A DNA stretch of 20,000 nt from an uncultured virus (IMG/VR IMGVR_UViG_3300025585_000041) (lineage: Duplodnaviria > Heunggongvirae > Uroviricota > Caudoviricetes): the IMG/VR virus record IMGVR_UViG_3300025585_000041, positions 55,870 through 75,869 of that record. One strand, 5' to 3'. A model generated the notes under the pieces. It was not told where the DNA came from, made no database searches, and saw nothing but the letters and a program-made list of their open reading frames with translations. Of this stretch, positions 16,881 to 20,000 are shown one piece after another. The stretch's first letter is position 1. Every line of letters begins with the position of its first letter. The position numbers and the translations under genes were made by a program.

Positions 16881-17634
16881 ATAAATTATTATTTATTCCA
16901 TCTACCACAATGCATAAATTGCCAAATATTTTATTTTGATCTATATATTGTTTTATATTTTTTAAAGTACTACGAATTACTTTTTGATGATCTGTAGTTA
17001 AATCAATACAAAAAACTGCTTTTCTTTCTTCGCCAAAAAATGTAATACATTCATTAATAAAAATATCATGATCAAAACAATTATGAAGCATGTGTATTTT
17101 ATCTTCTTTATCAATTGGTCTATGATTTGAATTATGTAATAAAAAAATCATAGGAACAGGAGACATTTTTAAAAATTCAAACTTTTTATGTCTTTCTTCA
17201 TCTACGCTGTGCATAAAGCCTTCAAATAAAAAGTTATTTAATATATTGGATAATGATGCTGCAGCAAGAGCAACAGATGGCCCTGGAGTAGTTATAATTT
17301 GTATATCATTTTTAATTGCTTCATCAACAAGTATAGTACCAGGATCTGCAAGACCAGGCATACCTTCATCAGATATTATATAAACATCCTCGCCATTTTT
17401 TAAAATTGAAATTATTCTTTCTTTTACTTCGTTTTCTCTGTTATTGTTTAACGAAAAACATATATCAATTAGTTCTGCATTATATATAAAATTATTAAAA
17501 GAACAATATTCTTTAAATCTATCTATATCTTCAACGCATATATATTTAGCGTCATTAAATGCATTTAATAACCTTTGAGATGTATCCAACATGTTGCCAA
17601 TTGGAGATCCAATTAGATGTAATTTACCAAACAC
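16873..17634 (-). CDS. RsmI-like (tetrapyrrole methylase fold) SAM-dependent methyltransferase, copy 1
   Basis: GKLHLIGSPIGNMLDTSQR, ICVED, IISDEGMPGLADPG, TPGPS, FLFEGF. Confidence 0.82.
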   Translation of the reverse strand: MFGKLHLIGSPIGNMLDTSQRLLNAFNDAKYICVEDIDRFKEYCSFNNFIYNAELIDICFSLNNNRENEVKERIISILKNGEDVYIISDEGMPGLADPGTILVDEAIKNDIQIITTPGPSVALAAASLSNILNNFLFEGFMHSVDEERHKKFEFLKMSPVPMIFLLHNSNHRPIDKEDKIHMLHNCFDHDIFINECITFFGEERKAVFCIDLTTDHQKVIRSTLKNIKQYIDQNKIFGNLCIVVDGINNNLSI

Positions 17635-17797
17635 CTTTTCTTCTTTCTATATGTTTATTACAAATATCTACTATTTCTTTTGTATATTTATCATAATCAA
17701 TATCTAATATTAAGTTACCATCTATTAATTTATGTACCTTTATATCTTTTCCAATTTGAAAAAGAACATTTTTAATTGACTCTTCTATATTGTCCAT
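17624..17797 (-). CDS. Hypothetical protein (57 aa)
   Basis: MDNIEESIKNVLFQIGKDIKVHKLIDGNLILDIDYDKY...; ATG at 17797 follows the upstream stop (17799) directly. Confidence 0.65.
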   Translation of the reverse strand: MDNIEESIKNVLFQIGKDIKVHKLIDGNLILDIDYDKYTKEIVDICNKHIERRKGVW

Positions 17798-17798
17798 A

Positions 17799-18461
17799 TT
17801 AATAAAAAGTTGTTGGGTCTGGATGCATATCGTAATATTCAGAAAAGAACTTATTTCTTTCATGTAATATTTGATCTTGACCGTCATCATAAGGTACATC
17901 ATCAACATATTCTAAATGACAAAATATCATGTCTTGATGACTTCCTGGTTTTAATTCTTTTGCTCTACGCCAATGTGGCTGTTGCGTCCCAGCAAATACT
18001 AATGCTTGATTATCTTGTAAAAAGTATTCTACATCTTCAACAACTACTCCCCATTCTTCATCAGCATGCACCTGAATATCAAAAGTAATTCTTTGTTTAT
18101 CTCTCATATCTGTATGTGGAAATAACTTTGTCATCCATCCATATTCCATACTATATCTAGCAAATGAGTGATCTTCTACTAAGCGAACATGGTCGCCTAA
18201 AGATTTTTTGACTGCCTCATTAATTTTATCTTTTATTCTTGGCCCTAAGTCTATATGCCATGCTTTCATTCCGCCCCATTTTTGTATTTGAGTTTTTTCT
18301 TCTGGAGTGTTATTAATTATTTCATATAAATGATCTATATCTTCTTTTGAAAATATGTTATCTACAATTATTGGCTCAAAATCTTGATTAGAAATAGGAG
18401 TTTGAGAGTTTTTTAATTCAATGTATTGATTATATGCTGGACCTTTTTCTGGAGTTTTCAT
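17799..18461 (-). CDS. 2OG-Fe(II) oxygenase-like protein
   Basis: FARY...LFPHTD...TFDIQ...W.V.V...ALVFAGTQQPHWR...MIFCH. Confidence 0.72.
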   Translation of the reverse strand: MKTPEKGPAYNQYIELKNSQTPISNQDFEPIIVDNIFSKEDIDHLYEIINNTPEEKTQIQKWGGMKAWHIDLGPRIKDKINEAVKKSLGDHVRLVEDHSFARYSMEYGWMTKLFPHTDMRDKQRITFDIQVHADEEWGVVVEDVEYFLQDNQALVFAGTQQPHWRRAKELKPGSHQDMIFCHLEYVDDVPYDDGQDQILHERNKFFSEYYDMHPDPTTFY

Positions 18462-18496
18462 AATATTAAAATTATACCATAGTGTATAATGAATAT
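18462..18496. promoter_or_regulatory. Divergent -10 promoter pair
   Basis: - strand TGGTATAAT-9 nt-ATG(18461); + strand TATAAT(18485-18490)-GAATAT-ATG(18497). Confidence 0.6.
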
Positions 18497-19246
18497 ATGT
18501 CGTTTGGAAAATTATATTTAGTTGGATTGCCTATTGGCAATTGGGAAGATATGTCAGTAAGAGCATTTAAATATATTCAAAATGCAAAAAATATAGTGAT
18601 AGAAAGAGAAGAGGCATTTGAAAGAATTTGGCCCGCACTTGGAATGCAAAAACCAAATGTCAATACTATATCCATTGAGTATGATTCTGATGGCGGAGAA
18701 CCTGGAGAAGCATACGAACTTCATAACATGAATAAAATAATTGATTTATTAAAAAATGGAGAAGATGTATTCTTAATTTCAGATGAAGGTATGCCAGGGG
18801 TAGCAGACCCAGGAGCAAGGATAGTTAAAAAATGTATTGCTGAAGGAATACATGTGACATCAACACCAGGACCTTCTGTTGTTATGGCTGCAGTAGCAGT
18901 TACTGGAACTATGCATAATTTTATATTTGAATCTTTTTTGCCATTTGTAAAAAATGAAAGAATTCAATTCTTAAAAGAAAGAAAAGACTACAATTATCCA
19001 ATGGTTATAATGCTTAGAAATGTAAAAAGAGGACAAGAATTTCATAATGAAATACCAGAGTTTTTAGAAGAAGCATGTGAAATACTAGGGGAAAACAGAT
19101 GGGCATCTCTTTGTTATAACTTAACTATGGATACAGAAAAAGTTATTCATAATACATTGGATAATTTAAAAGAATATTTTAATACTAATACTAGAATTAT
19201 GAGTGATCAGATTTGTATAGTAATAGAAAGTAAAAACTATAACTAA
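18497..19246 (+). CDS. RsmI-like SAM-dependent methyltransferase, copy 2
   Basis: GKLYLVGLPIGNWEDMSVRA, LISDEGMPGVADPG, TPGPS, FIFESFLP. Start set at ATG 18497 (MSFGKL), matching copy 1 (MFGKL). Confidence 0.85.
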   Translation: MSFGKLYLVGLPIGNWEDMSVRAFKYIQNAKNIVIEREEAFERIWPALGMQKPNVNTISIEYDSDGGEPGEAYELHNMNKIIDLLKNGEDVFLISDEGMPGVADPGARIVKKCIAEGIHVTSTPGPSVVMAAVAVTGTMHNFIFESFLPFVKNERIQFLKERKDYNYPMVIMLRNVKRGQEFHNEIPEFLEEACEILGENRWASLCYNLTMDTEKVIHNTLDNLKEYFNTNTRIMSDQICIVIESKNYN

Positions 19247-19464
19247 AACATTAATGAATGAGATCCATCACAAAATGGTTTATTTTTTGAAGTATTACAT
19301 ACACATAATTTTTTACGTTTTAAATTTGATTGATTCATTTTTATAATTTCTTGAGTATCACACATTTTTATTGTACACAAATCATTATCCACAGATAATA
19401 CTTCTGCAGCCTTTTTGTCATTATGATCATCACTAATAACCATTACAATTATTCCTGGTTTCAT
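19243..19464 (-). CDS. CDGSH iron-sulfur domain protein
   Basis: C-terminal CVCNTSKNKPFCDGSH; AAAAGGAG Shine-Dalgarno upstream. Confidence 0.85.
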   Translation of the reverse strand: MKPGIIVMVISDDHNDKKAAEVLSVDNDLCTIKMCDTQEIIKMNQSNLKRKKLCVCNTSKNKPFCDGSHSLMF

Positions 19465-19490
19465 ATTTTCTCCTTTTGTTTAGTATTACG

Positions 19491-19562
19491 AGCCTCCTGT
19501 AGGATTTGAACCTACGACAACTCGCTTACAAGGCGAGTACTCTACCCCTGAGTTAAGGAGGC
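19491..19562 (-). tRNA. tRNA-Thr(UGU)
   Basis: Acceptor GCCTCCT/AGGAGGC; anticodon arm CTCGC-CTTGTAA-GCGAG; T-loop GTTCAAATC; no encoded CCA. Confidence 0.93.
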
Positions 19563-19563
19563 G

Positions 19564-19636
19564 TATCTCCAACGGGATTCGAACCCGTGTTGCCACCGTG
19601 AAAGGGTGGAGTCCTAGGCCTCTAGACCATGGAGAC
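19564..19636 (-). tRNA. tRNA-Glu(UUC)
   Basis: Acceptor GTCTCCA/TGGAGAT; CCACC-CTTTCAC-GGTGG; GTTCGAATC; no encoded CCA. Confidence 0.93.
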
Positions 19637-19637
19637 T

Positions 19638-19714
19638 TGGCGATCCGTATCGGACTTGAACCGACGACCTCTACCGTGACAGGGTAGCGTTCTAACCAAC
19701 TGAACTAACGGACC
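19638..19714 (-). tRNA. tRNA-Asp(GUC)
   Basis: Acceptor GGTCCGT/ACGGATC; CTACC-CTGTCAC-GGTAG; GTTCAAGTC; ends in GCCA. Confidence 0.94.
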
Positions 19715-19715
19715 T

Positions 19716-19791
19716 TGGCTGGTCTGGCAGGTCTCGATCCTGCGACATCTCGATTAACAGTCGAGTGTTCTACCAACTGAACTACAGACCA
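19716..19791 (-). tRNA. tRNA-Asn(GUU)
   Basis: Acceptor TGGTCTG/CAGACCA; CTCGA-CTGTTAA-TCGAG; atypical T-loop ATCGAGA; ends in GCCA. Confidence 0.9.
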
Positions 19792-19805
19792 ATGTTTAAT
19801 TGTAG

Positions 19806-19877
19806 CACCCCTGAATGGATTCGAACCATCGACAAACGGATTAGAAGTCCGCTACTCTTCCACTGAGTTACAGAGGT
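19806..19877 (-). tRNA. tRNA-Arg(UCU)
   Basis: Acceptor ACCTCTG/CAGGGGT; GCGGA-CTTCTAA-TCCGT; GTTCGAATC; no encoded CCA. Confidence 0.92.
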
Positions 19878-19881
19878 TTAG

Positions 19882-19954
19882 TGCCCTTGGTTGGATTCGA
19901 ACCAACGCTTGCACGATTTTAAGTCGTGTGCCTCTGCCACTGGGCTACAAGGGC
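19882..19954 (-). tRNA. tRNA-Leu(UAA), short variable loop
   Basis: Acceptor GCCCTTG/CAAGGGC plus A73; CACGA-CTTAAAA-TCGTG; 5-nt variable region; GTTCGAATC. Confidence 0.9.
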
Positions 19955-19955
19955 G

Positions 19956-20000
19956 TAGAATATTTTGGAATTGAACCAAACTCTAAGATGCTTATAAGAC
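19956..20000 (-). tRNA. tRNA-Ile(UAU), partial (5' half beyond window end)
   Basis: Minus strand GT-CTTATAA-GCATC anticodon arm; T-arm TTTGG-TTCAATT-CCAAA; 3' acceptor strand ATATTCT plus A73. Confidence 0.72.

Noticed and set aside
17798..17908. N-terminal extension of the 17624..17908 ORF
   Set aside because: It overlaps the 3' end of the 17799..18461 gene; the ATG at 17797 right after that stop is the more plausible start.
10755..18088. Shadow ORFs 10755, 11560, 11890, 12148, 15624, 15685, 15891, 16486, 16532, 17810
   Set aside because: They overlap stronger genes on the opposite strand or in another frame, with no start signals or motifs.
1..20000. CRISPR array, IS/transposase, integrase, intron or stop-codon recoding
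   Set aside because: No regularly spaced repeats or recombinase motifs seen; genes tile densely in the standard code using TAA, TAG and TGA stops, and no suppressor tRNA is visible.
1..20000. Cellular (bacterial chromosome) origin
   Set aside because: No housekeeping operons; many tiny coupled hypothetical genes, duplicated divergent RsmI, whiB in very AT-rich DNA and a packed tRNA array fit a large phage better. No capsid or terminase gene is in the window, so this remains inference.

Overview
AT-rich, gene-dense 20 kb segment that reads as part of a large tailed-phage genome, probably infecting Actinobacteria. Support: a WhiB-family regulator, an MSMEG_6728-type pyrimidine-dimer glycosylase, a holin-like membrane protein, Hsp20, leaderless -10 promoters and a tightly packed tRNA array. 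The left arm (+ strand, 1-9603) is one translationally coupled run. Its most notable block is two GT61-family glycosyltransferases, a BcbE-like nucleotidyltransferase, a cupin, a RuBisCO-like protein (form IV, lacking carboxylase residues) and a GDPD-like protein, which I interpret as a candidate phage pathway for making and transferring an unusual sugar. It is followed by an APS-kinase/HxGH-nucleotidyltransferase fusion and a flavin-dependent halogenase. The right arm is an accessory region with two sulfotransferases, four 2OG-Fe(II) oxygenases, a methyltransferase, an SGNH-like protein, hsp20 with a ROSE-like 5' UTR, a structured intergenic RNA candidate, two divergent RsmI-like methyltransferases and a CDGSH Fe-S protein. 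It ends in at least 7 minus-strand tRNAs, including a truncated tRNA-Ile(UAU). All family calls come from motif recognition by eye; no searches were run.
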